A stretch of 63,988 nt of DNA, filler included, from Candidatus Woesearchaeota archaeon (GCA_046538795.1; 6 parts of 6 records of this genome joined end to end with filler, not necessarily neighbours in it), one strand, 5' to 3'; positions 1-10,200 are shown, counted from the first letter of the whole stretch. Notes: a model not told the origin generated them from the letters alone. Numbers and translations are program-made.

Positions 1-44
1 AATTATTCCATAAGCTTTAAATACTAATAATCCAATAAAAATTA

Positions 45-842
45 TTGATGCAGTCTCTTACTGAATTCATGAAAAAAGAACTCTTGTTCTACATAAAGCA
101 GGAATTTGATAAAGGACATTCTTTAGATAAGATAAGAAAAGCGCTTTTAGAGGGAGGTCATCATCACGATCTTGTTACTGAAGCAATAACTTCTCTTGAA
201 AAAAATAAGTTCAATATCGTAAAGAGCCTTAATGATCCTATAGATAAGAATCTTGACCAGGAGCTTTATTTTGATATAATGAATTCTCTTGTAAGATACA
301 TCGAATACCAATTAAAGCAAGACTATACCCAGACAAAGATAAGAAAGATACTTGAAGATTACGGCCACAGCGAGGAAATAATCGAAAAGGCATTCCATGA
401 GATAGAGAAAAAACGCTTGACTGAACAAAAACCAAAAGCGAGCAAAACACAGCCAAAGATATTTGAGATGGCATTTATAATATTGTTTGCACTTCTCCTT
501 GTATTTGTATCAGGTTCTGCAGACGAACCTTTTGACATAATACTTATTGCATTTGCTCCGGCAATATTTTCAATACTTGGAATATACATGATATCAAAAG
601 TTCCAATTGATCTATATTATAACTGGCTTGTTCCGATAATCATAACAGGAATATTCTGGGGAATAATGTCCTTTAGCCCCATAATACCAGGCATGGAAGT
701 CCTAAAAATATCTACACTAAACCTTATAATAGCAATGGTATTTGCCTACATAAAGACAACAGAAGGCTTTGATTCCAAAAGGGCTCTTGATATATTAGGA
801 CAAGAAGTTGCAACACAAGAAGACAAAGAAGTTAAGGATTAG
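45..842 (+). CDS. Hypothetical membrane protein (two small helical N-terminal repeats, about 4 C-terminal TM segments)
   Basis: 265-aa ORF; repeated YI...KIRK.L...GH motif; hydrophobic C-terminal half. Confidence 0.7.
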   Translation: MMQSLTEFMKKELLFYIKQEFDKGHSLDKIRKALLEGGHHHDLVTEAITSLEKNKFNIVKSLNDPIDKNLDQELYFDIMNSLVRYIEYQLKQDYTQTKIRKILEDYGHSEEIIEKAFHEIEKKRLTEQKPKASKTQPKIFEMAFIILFALLLVFVSGSADEPFDIILIAFAPAIFSILGIYMISKVPIDLYYNWLVPIIITGIFWGIMSFSPIIPGMEVLKISTLNLIIAMVFAYIKTTEGFDSKRALDILGQEVATQEDKEVKD

Positions 843-881
843 ACAGAAAGCTTTTTATTCTTTCATCAATAATTTTCTTTT

Positions 882-1772
882 ATGAGCAAAAGATTCTTTG
901 TTAAAAGATACAAAAAACTTTTTCCTGATTTTGAGATTGAGGAATGCAGTCTTAAGGACTCTATCAGGATCAACACCTTAAAGATAGATGAAAAAGAAAT
1001 CAAAAAGCGGCTAAAAAAAGAAGGAGTATCTTTAGAAAAGATACCTTTCTTAAGATATGGCTACTGGTACAAAGCAGAGTTTTCTCTGGGTTCAACCCCT
1101 GAATATCTGCTTGGTTATTATTATCTCCAGGAGACAAGTTCTCAGCTTCCGGTAGAAGTTCTTAATCCAAAGGAGAACGAAATCATACTTGACATGGCTT
1201 CTGCACCTGGATCAAAGACTACACAGATTGCACAGTACACAAATGACAAGGCTGCAATTGTTGCTCTGGACAATACCAAATGGCGACTTAATGCTTTGAG
1301 AAACAATCTTGAGCGACTTGGCATAAGAAGTGTTCTGGTCTATAACAAAGATGCAAGGTTTGTTTCTGACTTCAAGCAAGAATATGATAAGATACTCCTT
1401 GATGCTCCATGCACAGGAAATTTCCTGATAGATAAGGATTGGTTTGAAAAAAGAAGCATGGAAGATGTAAAGATACAGGCAAGGCTTCAGAAAGAACTTC
1501 TTAGATCTGCTCTTACAGTTCTTAAAAAGACAGGAACATTAGTTTATTCAACATGTTCATTAGAACCAGAAGAAAATGAACTGGTCATCGACTGGCTTTT
1601 GGCAGAGAACGATGATATTTATCTGGAAAAGGTAAAAATCTCATCAGGAACTGAAGCTTTTACAGAAATATTTGATGAAAAAATAAATCCTGAAATTTCA
1701 AAGTGCAGGCGAATTGTTCCAAACAAAGATTATATGCAGCCGTTTTTTATCGCAAAAATAAGAAAAAAATAA
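882..1772 (+). CDS. RsmB/NOP2/Sun family RNA m5C methyltransferase
   Basis: DMASAPGSKT, ILLDAPCTG and YSTCS motifs. Confidence 0.93.
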   Translation: MSKRFFVKRYKKLFPDFEIEECSLKDSIRINTLKIDEKEIKKRLKKEGVSLEKIPFLRYGYWYKAEFSLGSTPEYLLGYYYLQETSSQLPVEVLNPKENEIILDMASAPGSKTTQIAQYTNDKAAIVALDNTKWRLNALRNNLERLGIRSVLVYNKDARFVSDFKQEYDKILLDAPCTGNFLIDKDWFEKRSMEDVKIQARLQKELLRSALTVLKKTGTLVYSTCSLEPEENELVIDWLLAENDDIYLEKVKISSGTEAFTEIFDEKINPEISKCRRIVPNKDYMQPFFIAKIRKK

Positions 1773-1773
1773 A

Positions 1774-2379
1774 CTATTTTTCATTCATCATATCATAACT
1801 GTCTCTGAAATAGTTGTGCGCATTCTTGAAATTAACCACAGGATCATCTCTTGTGCTTTCAGTAAAACCAATGAGCTTCAATATCACTGCCCTTATATCT
1901 TTTCCTGTCTTTGGATTAAGCGATTCAGGAGTTAGATCATATCTTCTTCCTTCATAATCAAGAGAATCATCATCACATGCCTTATAGAAATTAAATCTTG
2001 TCTGATATGAATCAGGAACTATTAATTTTGTTGCAGGGTTATCAGGACATGAATCACACGAAACCTGTGAAAACCTGAATCTTAAGACTTCATCAAGCTG
2101 TTTCATGACCTCTGCTTTTGAATAATCATCTTTTGCTTCTTTCTTTTTGGGATCTGAAAACAGATCTAGCTGGTCATCATAATCACTTTTGCCATAATTT
2201 CCTGCCTCTTTTGCCTCTTCAAGTGTTTTTTCAAGACGTTCTTTGAAAAGCGGATAATTATTGATTATGAGTGTATCTAGTGAAACTGGAATAACTTTTC
2301 CATATGTTCCTGGATTTGTTGAAACTACTCTTTCTCCATATCCATAACTTGAATCCTGTTCAAGATAGCCTGATTTCAT
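1774..2379 (-). CDS. Hypothetical protein
   Basis: 201-aa ORF with a CDSC motif; SD-like GGGGTGA upstream. Confidence 0.6.
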   Translation of the reverse strand: MKSGYLEQDSSYGYGERVVSTNPGTYGKVIPVSLDTLIINNYPLFKERLEKTLEEAKEAGNYGKSDYDDQLDLFSDPKKKEAKDDYSKAEVMKQLDEVLRFRFSQVSCDSCPDNPATKLIVPDSYQTRFNFYKACDDDSLDYEGRRYDLTPESLNPKTGKDIRAVILKLIGFTESTRDDPVVNFKNAHNYFRDSYDMMNEK

Positions 2380-2483
2380 TTTTCACCCCGATTAACACTC
2401 TAATTATAGTAATAATGGTGTTTTTCCTTTATAAACTTTTTGGTATTTAACCACTTTCGAGTGGTTCTAAAGGGTCTTTTTAA

Positions 2484-2574
2484 ATAACTCAAATCGATGG
2501 CTATTCCCCGACCGCTCGAAGAGTACCCTTGCAGGGCAAACTCCACAAAAAATTCATGCGAAATTTTCAATAAA
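2484..2574 (+). repeat. Intergenic modular hairpin repeat, family B copy 1
   Basis: ATAACTCAAA...GAGTACCCTTGCAGGGCAAA...CATGCGAAATTTTCAATAAA, shared with 18341, 44347, 48500, 57934. Confidence 0.85.
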
Positions 2575-2656
2575 TTTCTAAAAATTACTGCACATTTTAT
2601 GCTGCAACAAACAATTAAACAAAAAATTTAAATAATTTTATGCATTATTATGCGTA

Positions 2657-3019
2657 ATGAGGCCAAGAAAAACTAAACTGGTGAACTTTGATCCAGATGT
2701 GACTTATTTCAAGCCAAGAGCAGTTCCTCTATCAAGGCTTGAAGAGATTGATCTTACCATAGATGAACTTGAGACATTGAGATTAAACAACATAGAAAAA
2801 CTCAACCAAACTGAATCAGCTGAAAGGATGGGAATACATCAATCGACTTTTCATAGGACTTTGTCAAGGGCTCTTGAAAAGGTTTCAGATGCTCTTGTGA
2901 ATGGTAAAGCGATCAAGATTCACGGGGGGGATTATAAGGTGCATGAAAGAAAACCTATTACAGGATTGCATCTTAGAGAAAGAAAAGAGCGCCAACTGCA
3001 TCATGGCTTCAAAGATTAA
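2657..3019 (+). CDS. DUF134 family putative DNA-binding protein
   Basis: MRPRK...YFKP, ELETLRL, HTH and ALVNGKAIKIHGGDY; heads the typical Mrp/NifX/MinD cluster. Confidence 0.88.
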   Translation: MRPRKTKLVNFDPDVTYFKPRAVPLSRLEEIDLTIDELETLRLNNIEKLNQTESAERMGIHQSTFHRTLSRALEKVSDALVNGKAIKIHGGDYKVHERKPITGLHLRERKERQLHHGFKD

Positions 3020-3035
3020 AAAGGAGGTAATAAAA

Positions 3036-3218
3036 ATGCCAAATAGAGATAAAACAGGACCAGACGGAACATTTGTTAATTGCATGCCTGCAAAAAACGA
3101 AGAGGATTCTGAACCCAGAAATTTTTTCATGATAAGAAGAAATGGTTTTGGAAATCAATTTAGACGATTTTCCAGATATAATCCAAGAGGGATTCTAAGG
3201 CCAAGGTTCAGAAGATAA
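3036..3218 (+). CDS. DUF5320-like small basic protein
   Basis: MPNRDKTGP N-terminus, AGGAGGT SD upstream, Arg-rich tail; usual neighbour of DUF134. Confidence 0.6.
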   Translation: MPNRDKTGPDGTFVNCMPAKNEEDSEPRNFFMIRRNGFGNQFRRFSRYNPRGILRPRFRR

Positions 3219-3219
3219 A

Positions 3220-3939
3220 ATGACAAGAAAAACATTGCTTGTGATGAGCGGCAAGGGAGGAGTTGGAAAGACAACAATAGCAGTAAATCTTGCACTTGAG
3301 CTTTCATTAAGAAAGTGTTTAACAGGGCTTCTTGATGTAGATGTTCATGGCCCTAATGCACTCAAAATGCTTGGATATGAAAATGTGAAGCTTGAAGCAG
3401 AAGAAAAAAGGCTTATTCCACTACAGATCAACGATAATCTTAAGGCAATATCACTTGCAGGATTTATTGATGACAGTTCTGCAGTTATATGGAGAGGTCC
3501 GAGAAAACACGGCCTTATAAGACAGCTTTCAGATGAAGTTGATTGGGGAAATTTAGAATTTCTTGTAGTGGATTTTCCTCCTGGAACAGGCGATGAGCAC
3601 TTAAGTGCAGTTCAGCTCATAAAAGATATAGAAGGAGCAATAATTATTTCAACACCACAGCAGGTTTCGATTATGGATATGATGCGTTCTGTTGATTTTT
3701 GCACACAGCTAAAAGTGCCTATAATAGGAATAATCGAGAACATGTCAGGAGGAATATTCGGAAGCGGAACTGTTAAACAAAAATGTTCTGAGAATGGTCT
3801 GAATTTTCTTGGAAAAATTCCCCTTTCTGAAAAAATATCAAGATCATCAGATAACGGAATTCCTTTCATAAATGATCCTGATTACGATATAAATATCAAT
3901 TTTAAGAAAATCGTCGATAAAATAAAGAAATGTCGATAA
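3220..3939 (+). CDS. Mrp/NBP35 family Fe-S cluster carrier ATPase
   Basis: SGKGGVGKT, DVDVHGP, WRGP, DFPPGTGD, IIENMS. Confidence 0.93.
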   Translation: MTRKTLLVMSGKGGVGKTTIAVNLALELSLRKCLTGLLDVDVHGPNALKMLGYENVKLEAEEKRLIPLQINDNLKAISLAGFIDDSSAVIWRGPRKHGLIRQLSDEVDWGNLEFLVVDFPPGTGDEHLSAVQLIKDIEGAIIISTPQQVSIMDMMRSVDFCTQLKVPIIGIIENMSGGIFGSGTVKQKCSENGLNFLGKIPLSEKISRSSDNGIPFINDPDYDININFKKIVDKIKKCR

Positions 3940-4100
3940 AATAAAGAAAATCACTGCTCAAGCCCATCCCCACACTTCAGTGTGAGGTATTACGGCTTTC
4001 GCAGCTGACGTGATTTTCTAATTTCAAAATTCGCCTTCAAAGGCGAGGTATTGCTCCAAAGGAGTACCCTTTCAGGGCAAACCAAAAATTTAGAAATAAA
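3939..4100 (+). repeat. Intergenic modular hairpin repeat, family A copy 1
   Basis: AAAATCACTGCTCAAGCC...GTGATTTTCT...GCTCCAAAGGAGTACCCTTTCAGGGC, shared with 10093 and 23521. Confidence 0.9.
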
Positions 4101-4112
4101 GGGAGGCAAAAA

Positions 4113-4844
4113 ATGAAAATTGCAGTCACGTCTGAAAATAATACAATCGAATCAACAGTTGAACAACGTTTTGGAAGATCAGGGTTTTTTATTGTAGCAA
4201 ATATTGAAAACAAAAATATAACCGGTTATGAAGCAATAGAAAACCAGGGCTCTAAAAATGCTCATGGAGCAGGCATAAGAGCGGCTGAACAACTTGGAGA
4301 GATCAATGCAGATGCAGTGATAACAGGCGAGCTTGGACCTAATGCAGAAAAGATCCTCGCAAGGATGGGCATTAAAGCTTATCATTCAAAAGGAGATATC
4401 AGAAAAGCTATAGACGATTTAATATCAGGAAAACTTGAAGAAATATCTGAAGATGCTAATGAAAAAGCCAAAGAGAAAATGACTTCGGAAAACGATTCAG
4501 GTGAAAGGATTTTCTTTCCGCTTCTTGAAGATGATGGGCTGGACTCAAAAATAAGTGAACATTTTGGGCATGCTCCTTTCTTTGGATTATATGATGTTTC
4601 AAAACATGAGCTTAAGATAATAAAAAATGATCTTGACCATTCTGACAGAGAAAAAAGCCCGATAGACCAGATTGAAGATGCTGTCAATCCAACAACAATT
4701 TTTGCAAAGGGGATCGGGCAAAGAGCGATAAGAATTATTGCAGATAAAGGCCTGTGTCTTAAAACAGGACCTTATCAAACCATAAAAGATGTTCTTGAAA
4801 ACTTAGATAGGCTAAATGATCAGACAGAAAGCTGCGGACATTGA
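4113..4844 (+). CDS. NifB/NifX (FeMo-cofactor-binding) family protein, two domains
   Basis: RFGRSGFF and HFGHAPFF motifs in tandem domains. Confidence 0.88.
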   Translation: MKIAVTSENNTIESTVEQRFGRSGFFIVANIENKNITGYEAIENQGSKNAHGAGIRAAEQLGEINADAVITGELGPNAEKILARMGIKAYHSKGDIRKAIDDLISGKLEEISEDANEKAKEKMTSENDSGERIFFPLLEDDGLDSKISEHFGHAPFFGLYDVSKHELKIIKNDLDHSDREKSPIDQIEDAVNPTTIFAKGIGQRAIRIIADKGLCLKTGPYQTIKDVLENLDRLNDQTESCGH

Positions 4845-5692
4845 TTCAGGTTGTGAAAAACATGGTAAGAATCATTGCTGTTACAGGAGGAAAAGGAGGT
4901 ACAGGCAAATCTACTGTTGCGGTTTCACTTGCGCATGAGCTCTCTAAAAAAGAAAAAGTGCTTCTTGTTGATTCTGACGTGGATTGTCCTGATGATCATC
5001 TCATCTTGGGAATCAGCAGAACTCATCAGAGAACAGTCAGCCAACGGATTCCAAAAATAGATAAAGAATCATGCAAAAAATGCGGAATATGCGGTTCTGT
5101 ATGCAAGACAAAAGCAATAGTCGCAATCCCTGAAAAAGACCCTTTTCTTATTCCTGAACAATGTAATGGATGCGGGGCTTGTAAAATCGCCTGCCCGAAT
5201 GATTCAATTTCATGGGATAAAAAGATTGTCGGCGAAATATATAAAGGGAAAAAAGATAAGCTCGGTCTTCTTTCAGGGGAAATGAGAGCAAATGAACCTG
5301 TTTCTGAATTTATAGTAAATGCCCTGAACAAAGATATCGGGAATATCAAAGATAATTTTGATTATGTAATCATAGATACTGCTGCAGGCACACACTGTCC
5401 TGTGATCGCTGCAATAAAAAATGCACAAACAGCAATAGCAGTCACTGAACCCACTCCGCTTGGCCATCATGATCTAAATGCAATACTTAAGATCCTGAAA
5501 AAAACTGGTGTCAGATCAAAAATAGTAGTTAACAGATCAGACCTGGGAAATATTTCACAGATAAAAGAATTATCAGAACTATATGATACAAAAATTGCTC
5601 TTGAGATACCTTTTTCAAAAAAGATAATAGATTCATACTGTAATGCAGAACCTATAGAAATTCCAAACATAATTTCACTGGTGGAAAGATGA
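4841..5692 (+). CDS. MinD-superfamily P-loop ATPase with inserted 2x[4Fe-4S] domain (start probably 4862)
   Basis: GGKGGTGKS, two CxxCxxCxxxC motifs, DTAAGTHCP, VTEPT. Confidence 0.9.
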   Translation: MIQVVKNMVRIIAVTGGKGGTGKSTVAVSLAHELSKKEKVLLVDSDVDCPDDHLILGISRTHQRTVSQRIPKIDKESCKKCGICGSVCKTKAIVAIPEKDPFLIPEQCNGCGACKIACPNDSISWDKKIVGEIYKGKKDKLGLLSGEMRANEPVSEFIVNALNKDIGNIKDNFDYVIIDTAAGTHCPVIAAIKNAQTAIAVTEPTPLGHHDLNAILKILKKTGVRSKIVVNRSDLGNISQIKELSELYDTKIALEIPFSKKIIDSYCNAEPIEIPNIISLVER

Positions 5693-6573
5693 AATCAATA
5701 GTTGTTTTATCAGGAAAAGGAGGTGTAGGTAAAAGCAGCATTTCAGCATCACTTGCAGTCTCATTTTCTAAAGATAAAAAAATTATCTGCGCTGATTGTG
5801 ATGTTGATGCCTCAAACCTTTCTTTGCTGTTTTCATTATATGAAAAAGATTATGAAAACTGGAGTCCTCTGTCAACTAACCAGATAGCTGCAATCGACAA
5901 ATACAAGTGCATAAAATGTAAAAAATGCATAGATACATGTTATTTTGATGCAATCTTCTCAAGAAATGGTTATCCATCTGTCAATGAATTTGGCTGCGAA
6001 GGATGCTGTGCCTGTGAAATGATATGTCCTGCTAAAGCAATAAGCATGAAAAACATAGATAATGCATTCATCGGACATGCCAAATCAGGTCATGGTTTTT
6101 ATATTGTTTCAGCTCAGCTTCTTCCGGGATTTTCAGGTTCAGGAAAAGTTGTATCAAGAGTAAGACAAAAATCAGAAGCAATAGGAAAAAATGCAGATTA
6201 TATGCTGATTGATGCAGCAGCAGGAACAGGATGTCCTGTCATTGCATCTGTTGCAGGAAATGATTTTGCCTTACTTGTAACAGAACCCACTCCATCCGGA
6301 TTATCTGATCTGAAAAAAGCTCTTAAAGTGGTTGATCATTTCAAGATAAATAAGGGATTAATTATAAATAAATATGATCTCAATCAAGATTATGCAGAAA
6401 AGATAGAAAATTTTGCAAAAGACAAAAATATAAATATTCTTAAGAGAATTAATTTTGACAAAAATATTATTTCTGCCATGAATAAAATGATACCGGTCAT
6501 TGATTTTGATAAAAAATATGAAAAAGTTTTTATGGATATCAAAAATAAGATCATGTTAGAGATCAAAAAATGA
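5689..6573 (+). CDS. MinD-superfamily P-loop ATPase with inserted 2x[4Fe-4S] domain
   Basis: SGKGGVGKS, ferredoxin Cys motifs, DAAAGTGCP, VTEPT; paralog of the preceding gene. Confidence 0.9.
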   Translation: MKSIVVLSGKGGVGKSSISASLAVSFSKDKKIICADCDVDASNLSLLFSLYEKDYENWSPLSTNQIAAIDKYKCIKCKKCIDTCYFDAIFSRNGYPSVNEFGCEGCCACEMICPAKAISMKNIDNAFIGHAKSGHGFYIVSAQLLPGFSGSGKVVSRVRQKSEAIGKNADYMLIDAAAGTGCPVIASVAGNDFALLVTEPTPSGLSDLKKALKVVDHFKINKGLIINKYDLNQDYAEKIENFAKDKNINILKRINFDKNIISAMNKMIPVIDFDKKYEKVFMDIKNKIMLEIKK

Positions 6574-6679
6574 TTTCAATGAACCTACCCGCTGCAAGCA
6601 ATGGTAATTCTCTAGTTAAAAAAACCAAAGCCAAGGGCTATTCATATAAAATAAAGGATTAAAAGAAAAAAAGAAAGGA

Positions 6680-7475
6680 TCAGACAATCCTTATGACTTC
6701 AAGATTTCTCGGAGCGTTTGTCTCTATCCTGAACTGCTTGTGAAGAGAACTTGCAAGATCAAGACATCTTGAGCTTTCTCCGTGACCTATAATTACTCTT
6801 TTTGGTCTTGGATTTGATTTCCTCAGGAAATTAAAAAGCTCATTTCTGTCTGCATGACCTGAAAATCCTTCAACTGTAGCAATTCTCATCTTGACAACAG
6901 AGACCTCACGTCTTCCTCCTTCATTGAACTGGAATTCCTTTTCTCCTCTCTGGACGCGCCTTCCCAAAGAACCTTCTCCCTGATAGTTTACAAATATCAA
7001 AGAATTCTTAGGATTGCCCGATAGTTCCTTAAAGTATTGCACAGAGGCTCCTCCGACAAGCATACCTGATGTTGCAAGTATGATGCATGGACCTCCTTCT
7101 TCTATGATCTGAGTCCGTTCTTTCTTGCTTCCAACACGCTTAAAAATTTCGGAAAGGAAAGGATTCTGGTTCTTGTGAAAAATCATCTTTCTTACATTTG
7201 AATTAAGATATTCTGGATAGGCAGTGTGTATCGCTGTAACATCCCAGACCATTCCATCAACATACACAGGAACCTTTGGGATCTGACCTTCCCTCATGAC
7301 TTTTTCAAGTATAAGGCTCATCTCCTGGCTTCGTCCTACACCTAAAACAGGTATAAGGACTTTTCCTTTATTCTCAAGAGTTTCTTTTATCACACCGACA
7401 AACTCATCTTCACACTGCTGCCTTGTAGGCATGTTGTTATCTTTTGCTCCATAGGTGCTTTCGCTTCTAAGTGTC
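6680..7475 (-). CDS. Beta-CASP ribonuclease aCPSF1, C-terminal part truncated by the contig gap
   Basis: ESTYG, GRSQE, ATSGML, FSGHAD and GHGE motifs; frame runs into the gap. Confidence 0.9.
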
Positions 7476-7575
7476 NNNNNNNNNNNNNNNNNNNNNNNNN
7501 NNNNNNNNNNNNNNNNNNNTTAATTAATTAANNNNNNNNNNNNNNNNNNNNNNNNNNNNNNNNNNNNNNNNNNNN
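7476..7575. other. Assembly spacer
   Basis: N run with TTAATTAATTAA. Confidence 0.99.
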
Positions 7576-7739
7576 CTCTAGTGTTGTTCAACAGAGAACT
7601 GATTTTTTATTCTCGTATCGGAGATACTGCAAAAAAAGAAAGCTTTATAAATGAAATCCTGTTCGATTTTTCAGGAAAAAGCACCAAACCAAATATTTAA
7701 ATATTTAATATAATAACTTCATATATTATTCACATAAAT

Positions 7740-7883
7740 GGGTCCTCAGGCAAGCATGTATTGTATACTTGCGGTGAACCAGGAGACACTCTTATGTGAA
7801 ACAGCCCTTGTGCAGAGTTACCCAATAGAGCACTGCGCTAAAGCAGGCAATGAGCTTGGGAGTTACCACAGGGCATCACAATT
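7740..7883 (+). ncRNA. Putative two-hairpin H/ACA pseudouridylation guide RNA; second hairpin targets 23S helix 69
   Basis: Two hairpins each followed by ACA (7786, 7878); hairpin 2 has a K-turn and pocket strands AGAGTTA / GTTACC complementary to GGUAAC-UA-UAACUCU; TATA-like TTTAAATA near 7696. Confidence 0.7.
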
Positions 7884-7909
7884 CATATTCAAAATATGGT
7901 TTGGAAACC

Positions 7910-8189
7910 AGATCCAAAATAAGCTTACTATCATCACATTCATTATCATTAGTTTAGGTTTGATCAAAAACATCTTATGATGTCTATGAAAAAACAATTA
8001 AATAATGCTTATTCTGGATCTATTTACAACAAAACAAAAAATATGCCAGAGGAGATATCAAATCAAATCATCCTTATCATCATAAATCATATCATAAATC
8101 GCACTCATGTTATACAAAAATATGCGATCAGAATAGTATCGTAAATACAGATTAATGATAAGAGAAAACAAAGGATTTCTTCTGGCGTA
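7910..8189 (+). promoter_or_regulatory. Structured leader (two long hairpins) upstream of dnaG
   Basis: 7910-7924 pairs with 8007-8021; 8042-8056 pairs with 8175-8189 with three G-U pairs on the + strand; SD GGAGGT at about 8200. Confidence 0.5.
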
Positions 8190-8214
8190 GGACAAGAACG
8201 GAGGTTAGATCAAA

Positions 8215-9558
8215 ATGGGAAAAATAAGTCCTATTGCTAATAAATATATTATACATTCATCAATAAACATAGATGGTGTTGTTGACAGACCTGATGTAAT
8301 CGGAGCTATATTCGGTCAGACAGAGGGTCTTTTAGGTGAAGATCTTGAATTAAGAGAGCTTCAGAGAAGCGGAAGAATAGGAAGAATTGAAGTCAATCTT
8401 GATACAAGCTATGGAAAAACAAAAGGAACCATAATCATTCCATCAAGCCTTGACAAATCAGAAACTGCTATTGTCGGAGCAGCGCTTGAGATCATACAGA
8501 GAATTGGTCCATGCAACGCAAAGATAAGAGTTGAAAGGATTGAAGATGTAAGGGTTCTTAAGAGAAATTATGTCATAACAAGAGCAAAAGAGCTTCTTAA
8601 GAATCTTATGGATAATGCTATGCCTGATTCGCAGGAACTAAGCGATGAGGTGGCAACTTCAGTAAGGGTCATGGAAATACAGGCATGGGGAAAAGAAAAA
8701 CTTCCAGCAGGCCCTCTCATCGATGATTCTGATGAAATTATTCTTGTTGAAGGAAGAGCAGATGTTTTAGTTCTACTCAAACATGGATTCAAGAATGTCA
8801 TTGGAATGAACGGTGCAAATGTTCCTGAGACCATAATAAGCCTATGTAAGCAGAAGATAGTCACTGCATTTCTTGACGGAGACAGGGGAGGAGATCTTAA
8901 TTTTCAGGAACTTACACAAGTAACTGAAATAGATTATGTAACCAAAGCTCCTGATGGAAAAGAAGTAGAAGAACTTACCAAAAAAGAGATACATAAAGCC
9001 CTTCGCGCAAAAGTATCTGCTGAACAGGCAATGATGGAATATGCTAAAAAATCAGCATCTCATTCACAAGGAGACAACAGGAGAAGAGACTACAGCACTA
9101 ACAGCAATAACAACAGGAACAATAACCAAAGAGACTACCAAAAAAGAGACAACAAGGGAAAAGACAACAGAAATAGCGGAAGAGATAACAGGGATACTTC
9201 CCAAAGAGACAACAGAAAAAGAACTCCTGATACTCCGCAAAAAAGCTATGGAGCGCCAAAGGCAACAGAAGAAGAAAAAGACGTCTTCAGGAACATGATA
9301 GAAGACCTTGTCGGAACAAAAGGCGCATGTGTACTTGATCCAAAGCTTAATGTTTTAGGAAAAGTACCTCTAAGCGAGCTTAATTCGACCATAAAGAGCT
9401 TTAATGAAGGCGTATATGCAGTAATACTTGATGGAAACGTCAATTCGGATCTTATCAAGGCTGCTGAGTCTGCAAACATAAAGTTCCTTATCGGTATGGA
9501 TGTAAAATCCGAGAATAAAAGCAGCAAGGTAAGTCTTATGACTATAAATGATTTATAG
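8215..9558 (+). CDS. dnaG: Archaeal DnaG (TOPRIM; exosome-associated)
   Basis: DVIGAIFGQTEGLLG, VEGRADV, DGDRGG; R/D/N-rich linker. Confidence 0.95.
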   Translation: MGKISPIANKYIIHSSINIDGVVDRPDVIGAIFGQTEGLLGEDLELRELQRSGRIGRIEVNLDTSYGKTKGTIIIPSSLDKSETAIVGAALEIIQRIGPCNAKIRVERIEDVRVLKRNYVITRAKELLKNLMDNAMPDSQELSDEVATSVRVMEIQAWGKEKLPAGPLIDDSDEIILVEGRADVLVLLKHGFKNVIGMNGANVPETIISLCKQKIVTAFLDGDRGGDLNFQELTQVTEIDYVTKAPDGKEVEELTKKEIHKALRAKVSAEQAMMEYAKKSASHSQGDNRRRDYSTNSNNNRNNNQRDYQKRDNKGKDNRNSGRDNRDTSQRDNRKRTPDTPQKSYGAPKATEEEKDVFRNMIEDLVGTKGACVLDPKLNVLGKVPLSELNSTIKSFNEGVYAVILDGNVNSDLIKAAESANIKFLIGMDVKSENKSSKVSLMTINDL

Positions 9559-9600
9559 AAACATATTATTTTTTATTTTATTTTTAATTTCTCTTATTCT

Positions 9601-10089
9601 ATGACAGAAAAAATCTCTAAAAATCTGAGAAATTATCTTAAACTTGAAAGTCTTCTTTCAGAATTTTTTACAGCAGCAGATTACTGTATTAATGAATGCA
9701 TATCCAAAGAGAAAGGGAAAACAAGCCAACCAAAGGGAATAGGCTGCTGCAACGGAAATTTCTACCTTTCTGGTTCTGAACACATAAGAGAGCTGGAAAA
9801 AGAAAGAATAAGCATATATGGATTTCCTGATATGGAAGACAAACAAGAAGAGTGCAGATATCATTCAGAAAAAGGATGCATGCTTAAGACGCATAAGTCT
9901 CCCTTATGCATAACTTTTTCCTGTGATGGATTGAAAAAATACCTTAAGGAACAGGGCATAGACTACAATTGGATAAGCATGCAGTATGAAATTATGCAAA
10001 CCCTTGCTGGTAAAGCAGCACCTATAACTATTTCAAAACTTGAAGATAATATCAAACAATATATAGATCGCTTAAAAAGAAACAATTAA
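9601..10089 (+). CDS. Hypothetical Cys-rich protein
   Basis: 162-aa ORF with CINEC, GCC, CRYH, GC and LCITFSC. Confidence 0.65.
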   Translation: MTEKISKNLRNYLKLESLLSEFFTAADYCINECISKEKGKTSQPKGIGCCNGNFYLSGSEHIRELEKERISIYGFPDMEDKQEECRYHSEKGCMLKTHKSPLCITFSCDGLKKYLKEQGIDYNWISMQYEIMQTLAGKAAPITISKLEDNIKQYIDRLKRNN

Positions 10090-10092
10090 AAA

Positions 10093-10195
10093 AATAAAGA
10101 AAATCACTGCTCAAGCCTATGCCCACACTGAAGTGTGGGGTATTGCTCCAAAGGAGTACCCTTTCAGGGCATACCCAAAATTTAGAAAAAAAGAA
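10093..10195 (+). repeat. Family A repeat copy 2 (internally deleted)
   Basis: Same start and end as copy 1 but lacks the segment between two GGTATT motifs. Confidence 0.85.
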
Positions 10196-10200
10196 AAAAA

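Noticed and set aside
6577..6645. Possible ninth repeat copy (CCCGCTGCAAGC...GGCTATTC)
   Set aside because: Too degenerate to align reliably.
7738..7980. 80-aa ORF upstream of dnaG
   Set aside because: No protein features; it overlaps the better-supported structured RNA.
7740..8189. SRP RNA, RNase P RNA, 5S or 6S RNA
   Set aside because: No helix-8 CAGG-GNRA-AGCA, no GAGGAAAGUCC and no 5S motifs; no positive evidence for 6S.
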